Positions 48,289 through 50,434 of a DNA stretch of 50,434 nucleotides are shown piece after piece. The stretch is from Promethearchaeota archaeon (GTDB lineage: Archaea; Asgardarchaeota; Lokiarchaeia; Sigyniarchaeales; SOKP01): positions 1-50,434 of the forward strand of contig JAFGGO010000106.1 of the NCBI GenBank assembly GCA_016930515.1. The letters run 5' to 3'. The position numbers and the translations under genes are program-made. Each line of letters begins with the position of its first letter. Within the stretch, counting starts at the first letter, position 1. Below the pieces are notes generated by a model. It saw only the letters and a program-made list of their open reading frames with translations, searched no databases and had not been told where the DNA came from.

Positions 48289-49278
48289 TCAAATTTTGTC
48301 GTAAAATATTTTAAGGTCTTTATTTTCGTGCTTATTGTATTGAGTGGATTTAGGAACTGCACTTAAATGCAACTCCTTTAGAGAAGGAAGCTTATAAACA
48401 TTTTTAGACACAAAAGATAGCGGATTACCTTTTAAATTAAGATATTGTAGGGAATGTAATTGGATAATTACATCTGGAACTTTAGTTATGATGTTATATT
48501 CTAAAAAAAGACATTCAAGCCATTCAAGGGAAAATAAAGATTTTCTAAGAGCATTTATAGAATTATGAGAAAGATCCAAACATTTCAAGGATTTTAACTG
48601 ATTAATCCATGGAGGAATTGCCATAATTTGATTATATTTTAAGATTAATTTATTTAAGGAGGTTAGATTTTTTATAGGTTCAGGAACAGCAGTCAATTCT
48701 TTAAACGTAAAGTCCAATTCCACGATCAAGTTGTTTTGGATCTTGTATTTCAAACGCCAAAAAGACCTTTTTAATAAAGATAATGTGTAAGAATTTATCA
48801 ATATCTCTTTTAATTCAACAACACTCAAGGAATTAAGATATTCAGAACGAATTATTAACTCTGTTTCTTTAATTCTATGAATATCAGCAATTAGAAGGGG
48901 TTTATTTGACAGTTCATTTGATAAGCTACGAATTTGTACTAAAAGTGTTTTATATAGAATATTTAAACATTTATTCGAAGTTTCGTTGATAAAAGCCCAT
49001 TGAACGATTTTGGTTGACACCTCAAGAAATTTTTGACCTAAAATTTCAATTGTTATTATTCTAACATCTTCACTATTATCAGATATCAAGTGATTTTCCA
49101 GAAGATTAAGGAAACATTGATCATGTACTCCGATATTGTTCAAAAATTTAAATGCTTCCACTCTATCTTTTTCTTTATCGCTTTCCTCAATTATAGAAGA
49201 GAGTTGTTCGTAAGCAGAATGTTGATCGATCTTTTTATCAAGAAAATTATCATAAATTCTATGCGGAGTTAGAACCAT
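48289..49278 (-). CDS. HEAT-like repeat + LRR protein
   Basis: LENHLISDNSEDVR; LxxLxLxxNxI repeats. Confidence 0.85.
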   Translation of the reverse strand: MVLTPHRIYDNFLDKKIDQHSAYEQLSSIIEESDKEKDRVEAFKFLNNIGVHDQCFLNLLENHLISDNSEDVRIITIEILGQKFLEVSTKIVQWAFINETSNKCLNILYKTLLVQIRSLSNELSNKPLLIADIHRIKETELIIRSEYLNSLSVVELKEILINSYTLSLLKRSFWRLKYKIQNNLIVELDFTFKELTAVPEPIKNLTSLNKLILKYNQIMAIPPWINQLKSLKCLDLSHNSINALRKSLFSLEWLECLFLEYNIITKVPDVIIQLHSLQYLNLKGNPLSFVSKNVYKLPSLKELHLSAVPKSTQYNKHENKDLKIFYDKI

Positions 49279-49283
49279 CGCAT

Positions 49284-50434
49284 CTAACCAATTTGTTTAG
49301 TTTTATCGATTGCTAAAATATTTAATGATGATGTTGAATCGTGTTTAATGCCTTTAATATTAATTTCCATTTTATGTAAATCAACTTCATTCTTTAAAGA
49401 TTCTGATAATTTAATAATGTTATTTCCCCAAAGGTTTATTTCTTTAAGTGATTCTAGCGAACCAATCCATTTTGGAAGCGAAGTTAATGCATTCCAGCTT
49501 AAATTCAGGATTTCTAATGACTTTAAATTTCTTAAACAATCCGATATGGTTGAAATATTGTTATTTCTTAAATCCAATTTTCTTAGTGATGTCAATTTCC
49601 CTATTATTAACGGTATGCTATTTAAATTAGTATCGTGAAGGTCAAGTTCTTCAAGAGAATGAAGCGAACCAAACCACCTGGGCAAGATATTTAAGGATTT
49701 ATTTCGCCCTAAGCTTAATTTTTTCAGGTTATTCAAATTGCACATTGTATTGGGTAATAACTCCAAATTATTCGAGCCTAATTCAAGATTTTTTAAAGAA
49801 GATAATTCTCCGATCGAATTGGGAAGTTCAGTTATTTGATTTCCATATAGATCCAGCTTTTCGATAGATTTTAGAGCACCCAAAGACTCAGGAAGACGCT
49901 TTAATTTATTAGATCTTAAATCGAGGATTTTCAAAGATCTTAAGTCTCCTAAAGAATCAGGAATTATTTTTATATTATTATAGCGTAAATATAATTCTTC
50001 AAGCGATTTCAACGACATTAACGATTCAGGAAGTTGAGTCAATTTATTATAGCTAAAATCTAATTTTATTAAAGAACTTAAGCTTCCGATAGTTGGAGGG
50101 AGGTTCAATAACCTATTTATTCGTAAATTTAAGTTTTCCAGAAAATCAAGCCTACCAATAAATCGAGGTAATGTTTTCTGCGTATTTAAATGTTTCAAAT
50201 TGCTCCCAGAAGACAATAAACTAAGTTCAGACACCATTCCATTTTTAAGCGTCATGTTAACGCTTCCACATTGTTCTTCAAAATAGTCCACAATCCTGAA
50301 ATTTACTAGTAATTTTGCCAAGAATTTACCATTAATTTTCAAATTTTTCGTTCTTTCCAACTCATTTACAAAATATTGGCATTTTTTGTTTTTGATGTTA
50401 TGCAATTCTTCCATTAATATATAATTTGAACGAT
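49284..50434 (-). CDS. LRR protein with about 11 regular 23-aa repeats, 5' end probably beyond the window
   Basis: LPxxIGxLxxLxxLxLxxNxL repeats; the frame is open from the track Met (50414) to the window edge. Confidence 0.88.
   Translation of the reverse strand, partial: RSNYILMEELHNIKNKKCQYFVNELERTKNLKINGKFLAKLLVNFRIVDYFEEQCGSVNMTLKNGMVSELSLLSSGSNLKHLNTQKTLPRFIGRLDFLENLNLRINRLLNLPPTIGSLSSLIKLDFSYNKLTQLPESLMSLKSLEELYLRYNNIKIIPDSLGDLRSLKILDLRSNKLKRLPESLGALKSIEKLDLYGNQITELPNSIGELSSLKNLELGSNNLELLPNTMCNLNNLKKLSLGRNKSLNILPRWFGSLHSLEELDLHDTNLNSIPLIIGKLTSLRKLDLRNNNISTISDCLRNLKSLEILNLSWNALTSLPKWIGSLESLKEINLWGNNIIKLSESLKNEVDLHKMEINIKGIKHDSTSSLNILAIDKTKQIG

Overview
AT-rich archaeal chromosomal window, very probably from an Asgard archaeon of the Lokiarchaeia type. 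This is inferred from archaeal core genes (uS13-uS4-uS11, eS25, SerRS, ATP-dependent DNA ligase, hisGDC, CofC, histone, intron-containing tRNA-Ser) occurring together with eukaryote-signature-type proteins (two Rab-like GTPases, a Rag/Arf-like GTPase-roadblock fusion, a gelsolin-like protein, longin-like proteins, HEAT+LRR proteins, a Bud23-like rRNA methyltransferase). Highlights read from the DNA: (1) a ~0.9 kb integrase-free toxin-antitoxin mini-island bounded by a 46-bp duplication of the 3' end of rps11 whose differences are all silent; (2) a 1424-aa surface lectin/Ig-like membrane protein translationally coupled to a longin + double winged-helix (NPRL2/GATOR1-like architecture) protein, about 1.6 kb from a Rag-like GTPase gene, a candidate surface-to-GTPase signalling module; (3) a Bud23/WBSCR22-like gene head-to-head with eS25; (4) a tandem, tail-less second uS13; (5) a histone with a Lys-rich tail built from an 18-bp repeat; (6) two pseudogenes, a hidden zinc-ribbon N-terminus and several operator-like palindrome arrays not shown by the ORF track. 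All family calls come from motif recognition by eye; no database searches were run.
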